Positions 30,621 to 39,085 of a stretch of DNA of 64,000 nucleotides are shown piece after piece. Made by a program: the position numbers and the translations under genes. The stretch covers positions 65,748-129,747 of the forward strand of contig CAWGRP010000015.1 in assembly GCA_963825005.1 (NCBI GenBank), given 5' to 3'. Numbering within the stretch: the first letter of the stretch is position 1; every line of letters starts with the position of its first letter. The notes under the pieces were generated by a model. It was not told the DNA's origin. It searched no databases and worked only from the letters and a program-made list of their open reading frames with translations. The DNA comes from an uncultured delta proteobacterium (GTDB lineage Bacteria > Desulfobacterota > Syntrophorhabdia > Syntrophorhabdales > WCHB1-27).

Positions 30621-31465
30621 GGCCTCCAGACCTCCCTGCCGAGCAACCCTTTCGGACGGAAGAGAAGCATGACTATCATGATGCCGAAGACAAAGATCAG
30701 GCTGTACGTCGCGCTGATGTAGCCTGATGCGAGACTTTCTACCACGCCGAGGATTATAGCGCCGAGCATGGCTCCCGCTACGCTGCCGAGTCCGCCGAAA
30801 ATGATGGCGGAGAAGGCTACAAGGAGCGGCCCCATCCCCATCGTAGGCATGAGGAGTACGGCGGGACCTATAAGTACCCCTGCAAACCCGGCGAGCGCTG
30901 TGCCAACGACAAATGCCATGGCAGAAATGCGGCTTACCTTTATTCCGCAGAGCAGCGCACCCTCCCTGTGTTGGGCCGTTGCTTCCAGCGCTGCGCCCAG
31001 GGCAGTTTTCTTGATGAAGATCCAGAGCGCGCTCATCACAACGATCGTTCCCGCAATCACGATGAGACGCTGCACCTGGAGTGTCAGATCGCCCACAGAA
31101 AGCACGCTTCGACTCCAGGGAATAAGGAACCATTTGGTTTCCGTTCCGAAGAGGTAGAGCGCTCCTCCTTCAAGAATCATGAGCAGAGCCATGGCTCCTA
31201 CGAAGAGATTGACCTCGGGCGCGTTCCTTATCGGGTAAAAAACCAGAAAGTAGACTATCAATCCGAGGATTCCCAGGGCGAACGTGGCGAGCACAAGGGC
31301 AAGCCAGTAATTCATGGAATACGACATGACCATGTAGAAGCCCAGGTATGCGGCTACCATGTACAGATGCCCCTGGGCAAAATTGGGCACGTTGAGAATG
31401 CCGAATATGATCGTGAGGCCCGATGCCAGGAGCACGTAGACGCACCCCTGCGAGATGCCGTTCAA
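30617..31465 (-). CDS. livH: branched-chain amino acid ABC transporter permease (LivH type)
   Basis: 282 aa polytopic; FAQGHLYMVAAYLGF, GSVAGAMLGAIILG. Confidence 0.85.
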   Translation of the reverse strand: MNGISQGCVYVLLASGLTIIFGILNVPNFAQGHLYMVAAYLGFYMVMSYSMNYWLALVLATFALGILGLIVYFLVFYPIRNAPEVNLFVGAMALLMILEGGALYLFGTETKWFLIPWSRSVLSVGDLTLQVQRLIVIAGTIVVMSALWIFIKKTALGAALEATAQHREGALLCGIKVSRISAMAFVVGTALAGFAGVLIGPAVLLMPTMGMGPLLVAFSAIIFGGLGSVAGAMLGAIILGVVESLASGYISATYSLIFVFGIMIVMLLFRPKGLLGREVWRP

Positions 31466-31514
31466 GAGATACTGAGCCAGTTCGACCGTAGTAAGCCCCG
31501 CCCTTTGAGTCCTT

Positions 31515-32756
31515 CTACTCGACTAGTTCCTTCGGTACACGCAATTCCTTTACCAGCGTGTACTGGCCTCCTTTTACTTCCAGGAGTAACTCGGGCGCAC
31601 CGACCATGAGTCCATTCTTCAGCACATCGTTGTTCGGAAAGAGGAGCGGCAGCTTGCCTTCCTGAAGGGCTTTTGCGCAGGCGGCGCGGATCGCGTAAGG
31701 ATCGCTGACGCTACCGCTTATTTCCATGGCCCGCGCAAACATGAGAGCGGGATCGTAGACTGAGACGCCCGGCTGAGCGTAGTCTTCCTTATACAGTTCC
31801 CGGTACTTGTTTACAAAAGCCGTCACATAGCCTCTCTTGTCCTGGTTTGGATACCTTCTGTAAAATGTGTGTATCATGGCCTGGACCATTGAGCCTTCAA
31901 TCCGTTCCAGGCCTACAATTTTTTCGGCCTTGTTCCCCCACTCGGACGTGTACAGGAACTTGCCCTTGTAGCCGACGTCAAGCGCATGGTTGGTGGCCAG
32001 CGCGCTTGGCTCTTCGTATGCTGATATAAAAATGATGTCAGGATTCTTCGATTTCATGCTCGTCATTATTGAGTGGTAATCGGTGGTGTTCTTAATATCA
32101 ATGCTTTCAAAGGCGACAACCTGCCCGCCGAGGCTTTCGAATTTCTGGCTGAACCTCTTGCCCCACGACTGATAGGCTTCATTAATATCAGTCAGCACGG
32201 CTGCCTTCTTGAAGCCTTTGTCGATACAGGCCTGGGCCATGGGATCACCGAAATAGAGCCCGGGCACGCGCTCCTGTATATAGAGAGGGTTACCCTTCTT
32301 GCGCGACTGGTCGGAAGCTGAAAGCCCATTGAAGAGCACCTTGAGTCCTACGTTAATCTCCTGACATGCCCACACCTGGGGCGTGCCAAAGGGGCCCAAG
32401 ACCACCGATACCTTGTGCATCTCAACAAGTTTCCTCATCCCGGCGACGCTCTTTGCCGGGTCGGCGGAATCGTCGTAACTTACCACTTCCAGTTTGTACC
32501 GCTGGCCCCCGACGAGGATGCCCGGTCCGCTCCCTGTGGTTCCCTTTTCATTTATATTCCTGAACGCAAGCTCCACTCCCCTGAGCATGCTCACGCCGTA
32601 AAAGGTCACAGGGCCGCTCTGAGGACTGATGACGCCGATCTTGAGGCTCTTCATCGCGGCGTCTGATTTGGCACCCACCTGCGCATGAGCCGCACAAAAG
32701 ATTGAACTTACCAGGAAACCTACGACGAGCGAAAGAACAACATATTTGCTACGCAT
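31515..32756 (-). CDS. periplasmic substrate-binding protein of the Liv/ABC type I family
   Basis: Signal peptide, then type-1 periplasmic binding fold sequence (KIGVISPQSGPVTFYG...). First gene of the liv operon. Confidence 0.75.
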   Translation of the reverse strand: MRSKYVVLSLVVGFLVSSIFCAAHAQVGAKSDAAMKSLKIGVISPQSGPVTFYGVSMLRGVELAFRNINEKGTTGSGPGILVGGQRYKLEVVSYDDSADPAKSVAGMRKLVEMHKVSVVLGPFGTPQVWACQEINVGLKVLFNGLSASDQSRKKGNPLYIQERVPGLYFGDPMAQACIDKGFKKAAVLTDINEAYQSWGKRFSQKFESLGGQVVAFESIDIKNTTDYHSIMTSMKSKNPDIIFISAYEEPSALATNHALDVGYKGKFLYTSEWGNKAEKIVGLERIEGSMVQAMIHTFYRRYPNQDKRGYVTAFVNKYRELYKEDYAQPGVSVYDPALMFARAMEISGSVSDPYAIRAACAKALQEGKLPLLFPNNDVLKNGLMVGAPELLLEVKGGQYTLVKELRVPKELVE

Positions 32757-32908
32757 AAACTTCCTCCTCCCTTTTTTCTTTCGTAAAGCCGGATCCCCAC
32801 TGGCGACAATATCAGACCAGAGTATAAGAGAGAGATTCTTTTGTCAAGGAGTATGTGATTGCGTTTACCTTGTGGCGCCGGGAGACTTATGCAATAGTAT
32901 ATTCGCAG

Positions 32909-33370
32909 ATGCCGACAATACTTGTTCTCTTCCACTCGCAGACGGGTAACACAGAGAAGCTGGCCAGGGCTGTCGCGCAAGGTGTGGATGAGACGGGCCA
33001 TGCGAAGGCGATGCTTAAAAGGGCGAATGACGCGGTCGCTCAGGATGTGAGGGAATGTGCTGCTCTCATTATCTGTTCTCCGGAATATTTCGGTTACATG
33101 GCAGGCGCAGTAAAAGACTTTTTCGACAGAACCTATGAAGAACTGAAGGATGATGCAGCGGTAAACAAGAAGCCATATGCTGTTGTTATCAGTGCGGGCA
33201 ATGACGGATCGGGCGCGCTGATGCAGATCGAAAGGATCTGTAAAGGGTACCGCTTCAGGAAGGTTCAGAAGCCGATTCTCTGCAAGGGCAGGGTAACGGG
33301 AGAAATACTCTCTCAATGCTCTGAACTCGGCAGCACGATCGCCGAAGGAGTTAACGCAGGAATATTTTAG
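32909..33370 (+). CDS. flavodoxin-like / NAD(P)H-dependent FMN reductase-like protein
   Basis: MPTILVLFHSQTGNTEKLA... flavodoxin-type FMN loop; ~153 aa from ATG 32909. Confidence 0.7.
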   Translation: MPTILVLFHSQTGNTEKLARAVAQGVDETGHAKAMLKRANDAVAQDVRECAALIICSPEYFGYMAGAVKDFFDRTYEELKDDAAVNKKPYAVVISAGNDGSGALMQIERICKGYRFRKVQKPILCKGRVTGEILSQCSELGSTIAEGVNAGIF

Positions 33371-33585
33371 GAAAGGCGCGCGGGGTCATGCCTTGACATA
33401 GGAACCGAAATCTTCATGCGTCACCGGAGTGAGCCGAGCTTTTCTGGCGGCTAGCCCTTCTCTGACGCGCCAGCCGGGATATCCTTGCATATCCATTTCC
33501 CGACCGGATGGCCGATGAGTCCCCGGGCACCGACACGGCGCGATCATCAATCGTCAGCTTGATTTCCGCCATCTTGCCTCCTTTA

Positions 33586-33625
33586 CCGTCACTAAAATCG
33601 ACCGAGTTCCGTCACTAAAATCGAC
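33586..33625. promoter_or_regulatory. perfect 17-bp direct repeat x2 (candidate regulator binding site)
   Basis: ccgtcactaaaatcgac at 33586-33602 and 33609-33625, 6-bp spacer. Lies in the 470-bp gap upstream of the molybdoenzyme locus. Confidence 0.4.
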
Positions 33626-33734
33626 TTTGTCTGAAATGGAACAGATTTATTTCTGGTCCCCGGGCAGACTGTTTATGCCAAATATGACATAACAAAGTGC
33701 CTGTTGTCAATGTTGGATTGTTCCTCGAACCTTC

Positions 33735-33763
33735 TTGATATTACGTCGATGGTAGCATAAAAT
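33735..33763 (+). promoter_or_regulatory. sigma70-type promoter candidate for the molybdoenzyme locus
   Basis: TTGATA-N17-TAAAAT, about 80 nt upstream of ATG 33843. Confidence 0.4.
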
Positions 33764-33842
33764 AGTCAACCCTGTAGGTTCCGGAGCGAGAAGCTAAGGA
33801 TGTACAAGGGGAAGACGTAGAAACGGAAGAGGAGAGGCGATC

Positions 33843-34766
33843 ATGCTAACCAGTTTACCCGACTTTGAACATCATTTCTGTGCCACAGTTGGAGAAGCCT
33901 GTTCGCTTCTTGCAGCGTACAAGGGTGAAGCGAAGGTACTTGCCGGAGGCACAGACCTGCTGGTGAAGATGAAGCACAGGCGGATACTGCCCCGCTACCT
34001 CGTCAATATAAAAAGGGTGCCAGACCTTGACTATATTCGGTATGACGAAGCTGAAGGGCTTAAGATAGGGGCACTGACTACAATGCAGGCCATAAGAAAC
34101 TCCTCGCTCGTCATGAAGAAGTTTTCGTCTTTGGGTCAGGCTGCAGGTGTATTAGGGACGCCCCACGTCCGAAATATAGCAACACTTGGAGGCAATTTGT
34201 GCAATGCCTCTCCTGCCGCCGAATGCGCGCCTGCCCTGCTGACCTTAGGAGCGAAGGCCAAACTCGCCAGCCTCGAAGGAGAACGTGTTGTTCAGATGGA
34301 AGACTTCTTCTGCGGTCCCGGTAAGAGCATCCTCAATGAAAACGAGATCCTGACCGAGATACAGGTCCCGAATCTTCCTCAGTGGACTGCCAGCGTGCAC
34401 CTGAAATACGGTTCGCGAAGAGTAGATGTTGCGGTTGTGGGGGCCAGCATAGTGATGACGGTTGACGGCTGGAAATGTAAGGACGTGAAAATCGCGCTGA
34501 GCGCTGTGGGCCCTACACCCTTTCGGGCGAAGCGAGCCGAAAGTCTCCTCAGGGGGGAAATGCTCAACGGCGCGAAGGAGAGTTTGATTGAAAAAGTGGC
34601 CCAGGCGGCGATGGAGGAGTCATCGCCCATTGATGACATACGAGGGCATGCGGACCACAGGAGACATCTGGTCAAGTCACTGGTGGCGGATGGGGTTGAG
34701 CGGTTGATTTCCCAGATGATCTACCAGAGCGCAAGTTCTCGACCGTCTGTCGTGAAACTCAACTAA
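33843..34766 (+). CDS. FAD-binding subunit of the xanthine-oxidase/CO-dehydrogenase family (CoxM/XdhB type)
   Basis: 307 aa; VLAGGTDLLVKMK, ATLGGNLCNASPAAE, C-terminal CO-DH flavoprotein domain (DIRGHADHRRHLV). Confidence 0.85.
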   Translation: MLTSLPDFEHHFCATVGEACSLLAAYKGEAKVLAGGTDLLVKMKHRRILPRYLVNIKRVPDLDYIRYDEAEGLKIGALTTMQAIRNSSLVMKKFSSLGQAAGVLGTPHVRNIATLGGNLCNASPAAECAPALLTLGAKAKLASLEGERVVQMEDFFCGPGKSILNENEILTEIQVPNLPQWTASVHLKYGSRRVDVAVVGASIVMTVDGWKCKDVKIALSAVGPTPFRAKRAESLLRGEMLNGAKESLIEKVAQAAMEESSPIDDIRGHADHRRHLVKSLVADGVERLISQMIYQSASSRPSVVKLN

Positions 34767-34778
34767 ATGACGAAATTT

Positions 34779-35030
34779 TTGTCGCAGATGTACGCAGATA
34801 ACAGCAAAGAGAGATGTACACAGATGAGCATATTCTGTGTTCAGCATTGCGAGTGCGCAGCCTCCTTTAGGGTACTGCGTCAATGCTGAACACACAGTCG
34901 CGCTGCGCGGCTAGAGGGTTACCCCACCGGAGGTGCGGGGAATGACCGGCTGTGCCGCTCTATCGCACAGGCGGTCAAAATAACTATCCGCACTGATCAC
35001 TGCCTTTATCCGCTCTTATCTGCGATGAAA
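34779..35030 (-). repeat. second copy of the ~240-bp MITE-like element (inverted relative to 16438-16674)
   Basis: The reverse complement aligns with 16438-16674: same termini (..cgcagata.. / ttatctgcgat), same block gaccgcctgtg(t/c)gata(a/g)agcg(a/g)cacagccgg, equivalent long hairpin gtgttcagcattg...caatgctgaacac. Confidence 0.8.
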
Positions 35031-35062
35031 GGCCAGTGGCTGTGAGGCAGGAGGATACAAGT

Positions 35063-37465
35063 ATGAAGCATCAGATTCATATAACGGTCAACGGCGAACA
35101 GCGCGATGTCACGGTAGAGTCGTCGCAAACCCTTCTTGATGTACTCAGAGATGAATTCAAGTTTTCAAGGACAAAAGAGGGCTGCGGCATAGGCGAGTGC
35201 GGAGCGTGTGCTGTTTCACTCGACAAGAAAATGGTGCCGTCCTGCATAGTGTTAGCCATTGATGCCGACAATAAGCAGGTGATCACGATGGAGGGTCTGT
35301 CCACCGATGCCCGGTTCGATCCGGTGATGGAATCGTTCATGCATCCGCAGCGCGGCGCCATGCACGCCAGCCACTCCAGACCGGGGACAAGAAAGAAACA
35401 CGAGGTGTTTACTTTTTGCCACGTCTGTCCGGGTCACTGCAGTATCAGGGCCATTGTAGAAGATGGGAAGCTGATCGATATAGAGCCTGACATGGAGAGC
35501 GGGTTGTGGAGCGAACAGTGCCCGGTGAAGAAAGGACGCTTCATCATACCGGATGTGCTTTCTCACGAAGACCGTCTGCTGTATCCAATGAAGAGGGTAG
35601 GGGCCAGAGGCGAGGGCAAGTGGCAGCGCATATCCTGGGATGAAGCGCTTGATACCATTGCAACGAAGTTCAGCCAGATCAAGGAGAAGTACGGGCCGGA
35701 AGCTGTTGCGTTCGGATTAGGCGAGCCGAAGGGCATGGAATTCGCCTATGGTCAGCGATTCGCTTCCGCCTTTGGTACGCCGACCGTGGTAACGCCCGCG
35801 TGGTTCTGCGGGGTCGCCGAACTGCAAGGTCAAGTGGCCACGTACGGCTGGAGCTCGGTCCCTGATGATCACCACACGCCCGAGGTGATAGTCATGTGGG
35901 GCTGCAACGCCAATCACACATCAGGCGCAATGAGGAGAGAGACGCTCGGTGCTAATATTCAGAAAGGCTCCAAACTCATCGTGGTCGATCCCATGAAGAC
36001 CGACTCCGCACGGGTGGCCGAGATCTGGATGAGACTGAAGCCGGGAAGCGACCTTGCTCTTGCCATGGGTATTTTAAAAGTCGTGGTTGAGGAGAAGCTG
36101 TACGATGAAGACATAGTTGCAAATTGGACAGTGGGATTCGACAAGCTGAAAGAGCATCTGGGAACGTTCTCCCTTGACGATGTTGAAAAAGTGACCTGGG
36201 TTCCAAGAAAACAGATCCAGGAATTTGCGAGACTCTACGGTCGGGCCGGATCGGCGGTAATCCAGGTGGGAAACGCCGTTGACATGCAGACCAACGGATT
36301 CCAAACCGTCAGGGCCATATCGATTTTGCGTGGCATTACCAATAACCTGAACGTTCGCGGCGGGGACGTATATGTTACGCCGGCGGGCTTCAGGCGGTTC
36401 GGCCATTTCTACCTGTTGAATAAATATCGTAGAAGAACGGACAAGATCCTTGGAGACAAATTCAAGATGTGTCAACGGATGGGCCTTATCCCGTCTCACA
36501 CGCTGGTTGATGCGATCCTGGATGAGAAGCCATATCCGGTCAAGGCTGCCTACTTTATCCTTACGAATCCACTCGTGAGTTGGCCTGATTCGAAGAGGAC
36601 GTATGAAGCGCTCATGAAGCTTGACTTCATCGTAACGCCTGAACTTTTCATGACGCCTACGGCAGCGCTTGCCGATATTGTCCTTCCGGCGGCCTGGGGT
36701 ATGGAGTGCGATGAACTCGGGTACTGGCCCGGATGGTACGGGGAGCTGAGAGCTCACCCCAAAGTTGTGGAGCCGCGCGGTGAATGCTGGTCGAATACGA
36801 AGATACTCAACGAGTTGGCCAAGCGGCTCGGCATGGGTGAGGATTTCTGGGAGGATGATGAAGAGGGCCTTGACGACATGGTCGAGCCCCTCGGCATGAC
36901 CTTTGAGCAGTTCAAAGATGAAAAAAGAACGATCATTCCGGAGCGGGAGTACGAGCAACATTTTTATACCACCCGCTCGGGCAGGCTGGAAATCTACTCT
37001 TCCCAGCTTGAGAGTATGGGTTACTCTCCCATGCCGCGGTTCGAAGAAGCGGTCGCCGGAACGCCTGTTGCGTCCGATGAATATCCGTTGCTCATGACGA
37101 ACGCGAAGGAAGAGGTGTACATGGGATCATCCTATTACCACGTCGCCTCGATTCGCAATATGAGGCCCTTTCCGGTCGTGGAGATGAACCCCGAAACAGG
37201 GCGCGAGAAAGGTCTCAAGGAGGGCGACTGGGTAACAATCGAAACAGCGGTGGGAAAGTGCAGGCAGAAGTTATCGTACAACAAGGACATCGATCCGAGG
37301 GTGGTTCTCGCTACGTTCTGCGCCTGGACACCCGAGAAGCCGGATGATGATTACGGCTGGCACACCGTAAACCTGAACATGGTCACCCCGAGCGGACCGG
37401 ATTACGACCCGCTCACAGGTGCGGTGACGTTGAGAGGCGTGCCGTGCAGGGTTGTACGTTCATAA
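35063..37465 (+). CDS. chimeric oxidoreductase: CoxS-type [2Fe-2S] domain fused to a bis-MGD molybdopterin (DMSO-reductase-family) catalytic subunit
   Basis: SD GGAGGA + ATG 35063. Residues 1-~90: MKHQIHITVNGEQRDV...EGCGIGECGACAV..VPSC (plant-type 2Fe-2S). The second-cluster motif is degraded (GAMHASHSRPG where GAxQCGxCTPG is expected). Then the MopB 4Fe-4S motif FCHVCPGHCSI...EQCP, RISWDEALDTIATKFSQIKEKYGPEAVAF, KLIVVDPMKTDSA, and the C-terminal MopB beta-barrel. Confidence 0.85.
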   Translation: MKHQIHITVNGEQRDVTVESSQTLLDVLRDEFKFSRTKEGCGIGECGACAVSLDKKMVPSCIVLAIDADNKQVITMEGLSTDARFDPVMESFMHPQRGAMHASHSRPGTRKKHEVFTFCHVCPGHCSIRAIVEDGKLIDIEPDMESGLWSEQCPVKKGRFIIPDVLSHEDRLLYPMKRVGARGEGKWQRISWDEALDTIATKFSQIKEKYGPEAVAFGLGEPKGMEFAYGQRFASAFGTPTVVTPAWFCGVAELQGQVATYGWSSVPDDHHTPEVIVMWGCNANHTSGAMRRETLGANIQKGSKLIVVDPMKTDSARVAEIWMRLKPGSDLALAMGILKVVVEEKLYDEDIVANWTVGFDKLKEHLGTFSLDDVEKVTWVPRKQIQEFARLYGRAGSAVIQVGNAVDMQTNGFQTVRAISILRGITNNLNVRGGDVYVTPAGFRRFGHFYLLNKYRRRTDKILGDKFKMCQRMGLIPSHTLVDAILDEKPYPVKAAYFILTNPLVSWPDSKRTYEALMKLDFIVTPELFMTPTAALADIVLPAAWGMECDELGYWPGWYGELRAHPKVVEPRGECWSNTKILNELAKRLGMGEDFWEDDEEGLDDMVEPLGMTFEQFKDEKRTIIPEREYEQHFYTTRSGRLEIYSSQLESMGYSPMPRFEEAVAGTPVASDEYPLLMTNAKEEVYMGSSYYHVASIRNMRPFPVVEMNPETGREKGLKEGDWVTIETAVGKCRQKLSYNKDIDPRVVLATFCAWTPEKPDDDYGWHTVNLNMVTPSGPDYDPLTGAVTLRGVPCRVVRS

Positions 37466-37530
37466 CGTTCGACGATCATCGATTGGAGTTCGTACCGTTC
37501 AATGAAATCGCTCGGAGAAATCTCTGACAG

Positions 37531-37574
37531 GATAGATTTCCTACGGGCAAGCCCGTGACCCGTGGAAATCTATC
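37531..37574. repeat. palindromic unit (11-bp stem), copy 1
   Basis: gatagatttcc-N22-ggaaatctatc. Sister copy at 37729-37764 (gaatagattttt...ggaaatctatc). Confidence 0.7.
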
Positions 37575-37577
37575 TAG

Positions 37578-37714
37578 TGTAGTGTTACAACAACGGCTTT
37601 ACAATGGTTTGAGGGCCGTCATTCCAGCGAAAGCTGGAATCCAGGTTGAAAAGACTGGATTCCGGATCAAGTCCGGAATGACACAGTGCCTAAAGTCATT
37701 CCTGTAACACTACA
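37578..37714. mobile_element. 137-bp MITE with 12-bp perfect TIRs and CTAG flanks
   Basis: tgtagtgttaca...tgtaacactaca flanked by CTAG on both sides. The sister palindromic unit shows the uninterrupted site atctatCTAGcgagc. The interior is a cruciform of gtcattccagcgaaagctggaatccag and ctggattccggatcaagtccggaatgac. Confidence 0.7.
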
Positions 37715-37766
37715 CTAGCGAGCCCCGGGAATAGATTTTTACGGGCAAGTCTGTGGAAATCTATCT

Positions 37767-37834
37767 AGCGAGCACGGCGAGCGAGAAGGGGAGGCTCCGG
37801 CGGCTTTGCCGCAGGAGGGGGCGACGCGAGCCCC
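37767..37834 (+). repeat. ~68-nt two-hairpin repeat in the leader of the accessory cassette (partner at 10181-10249)
   Basis: agcgagcacggcgagcgagaaggggaggctccggcggctttgccgcaggagggggcgacgcgagcccc. Ends 16 nt before ATG 37851. Confidence 0.75.
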
Positions 37835-37850
37835 GGGAATAGAGGGACAG

Positions 37851-38123
37851 ATGGAAGCACATGAACAGATATGTCTGCGTATACCAGAAGAAGTCGAGCA
37901 TCTCATGGAGCAACGGGGTATTCTGAAGCAGGACGTGCAGAAGGCAATTCACCATGCGGAGACAACCGGCGCAAAGTTCAATAACCCCTCCAACGGCCAT
38001 TGTCTCACATCGTACCGGCCGGACAGGGTTACGTACTGGGTGGAATACAGCCGCACCGATAACGAGTATCAGGTCCACAGCGCCTACTCCCATAGAATGG
38101 AAATGAAGAGAGGGCGTGGGTGA
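37851..38123 (+). CDS. small protein of unknown function (90 aa)
   Basis: MEAHEQICLRIPEEVEHLMEQRGILKQDVQKAIHHAETTG...YRPDRVTYWVEY...VHSAYSHRMEM. Stop overlaps the next start (TGATG). The track start 37806 lies inside the repeat, so ATG 37851 is preferred. Confidence 0.5.
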   Translation: MEAHEQICLRIPEEVEHLMEQRGILKQDVQKAIHHAETTGAKFNNPSNGHCLTSYRPDRVTYWVEYSRTDNEYQVHSAYSHRMEMKRGRG

Positions 38124-38335
38124 TGGCGGAAGGGGACAAATCAGGCGCTCAGGGCGAGTGGATATGTAACCTGTGCGGGATGCCGGCGAAGGTTCAAACC
38201 GTCAGACTGCAATATCTCAGGACCATATTTGCCCTCGATCTTCCTGCGTGTCCGCAATGCGGCATGATAATCATCGACGAAGAATTGGCAGTGGGAAAGA
38301 TGGCCGAGGCAGAGCAGACCCTCGAAGACAAGTAG
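38123..38335 (+). CDS. zinc-ribbon protein (YgiT-type CxxC...CxxC), 70 aa
   Basis: WICNLCG...(22 aa)...CPQCGMIIIDEELAVGKM. Translationally coupled to the upstream ORF. Confidence 0.55.
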   Translation: MAEGDKSGAQGEWICNLCGMPAKVQTVRLQYLRTIFALDLPACPQCGMIIIDEELAVGKMAEAEQTLEDK

Positions 38336-38359
38336 CCCTGACGGGTCGCCAGAGACTTG

Positions 38360-39085
38360 ATGATCGATTATCCGTTTACGTGCAAGGATCTTCGTCGCGC
38401 TGCGGGAAAATGCATGAGGCCCGGCGGAATAGTGCTTACTCAGAGGGCGCTCGATATTTGCAGCCTCTCTGACGGCTCCTCTGTAGCAGATATCGGCTGT
38501 GGCACCGGCGGAACCCTTACACACCTGGAACGGTCCGGCATTCACCGCCTGGTTGGAATTGACTTATCGGGCGACATGCTCTTAGAAGCTCTCCCGCAGA
38601 TGATCTCCGGGCAACTGGTAAAAGGTCGAGCACAGATTCTCCCTTTCAGAAATAGTTCATTCGATGCCCTCTTCTGTGAGTGCGTCCTTTCGCTTCTCGA
38701 CGACAAGGCCGCGGCAGTGCGAGAATCTGCCCGCGTGCTCAAAGATGGGGGATACCTTGTTCTGAGTGATCTCTTCGATGCCGGCGCCTCGGAAAGCCAA
38801 GCCGAGGGCTCTCATTCTCGGGGACCGGAGATGACGAAAGCATTCCCTTCAAAGGAATGCCTCCTCGATACGCTGTCACAGTTCGGGTTAGCACTTGTCC
38901 TGTGGGAGGAGCATGAACAATATCTCAGAGAATTCGTCGCTCGTCTGATTTTAGCCGGCGAATGGCTGACGGGTTTGCCATGCGGACAGGAACATCGCCG
39001 GAGAATCAGCTACTTTCTCCTGGTCGCCAGGAAGTCGGCCACACCTTTTCAGTCGGTAGCAACTGAAGGAGACGCTATGTCATGA
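38360..39085 (+). CDS. class I SAM-dependent methyltransferase
   Basis: Motif I VADIGCGTGGTL; post-I/II regions FDALFCECVLSLL, LKDGGYLVLSDL. Stop overlaps the next start (ATGA). Confidence 0.8.
   Translation: MIDYPFTCKDLRRAAGKCMRPGGIVLTQRALDICSLSDGSSVADIGCGTGGTLTHLERSGIHRLVGIDLSGDMLLEALPQMISGQLVKGRAQILPFRNSSFDALFCECVLSLLDDKAAAVRESARVLKDGGYLVLSDLFDAGASESQAEGSHSRGPEMTKAFPSKECLLDTLSQFGLALVLWEEHEQYLREFVARLILAGEWLTGLPCGQEHRRRISYFLLVARKSATPFQSVATEGDAMS

Noticed and set aside
30621-31133. The 171-codon N-terminal extension of the 759-aa ORF (28854-31133).
   Set aside because: It fully overlaps livH in another frame and has junk-like composition. A GTG with SD at 30620 gives a normal LivM N-terminus.
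33371-37850. Moco/Wco riboswitch in the leaders or intergenic gaps of the molybdoenzyme locus, and upstream of moeA at 42286-42536.
   Set aside because: It is plausible on biological grounds, and a few GCCUCC- or CCGAG-like strings occur. However, I cannot reproduce the Rfam Moco motif reliably from memory, so I make no call. cmscan with the Moco_RNA_motif model would settle it.
37851-38335. Reading the 90-aa protein and the YgiT-type zinc-ribbon protein as an MqsR/MqsA-like toxin-antitoxin pair. The gene order and a YRP..V.Y motif are reminiscent of that pair.
   Set aside because: The second protein lacks the HTH domain of MqsA. The similarity of the first to MqsR is only a few residues by eye. 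The pair is also translationally coupled into the accessory cassette. I keep it as a low-probability alternative.
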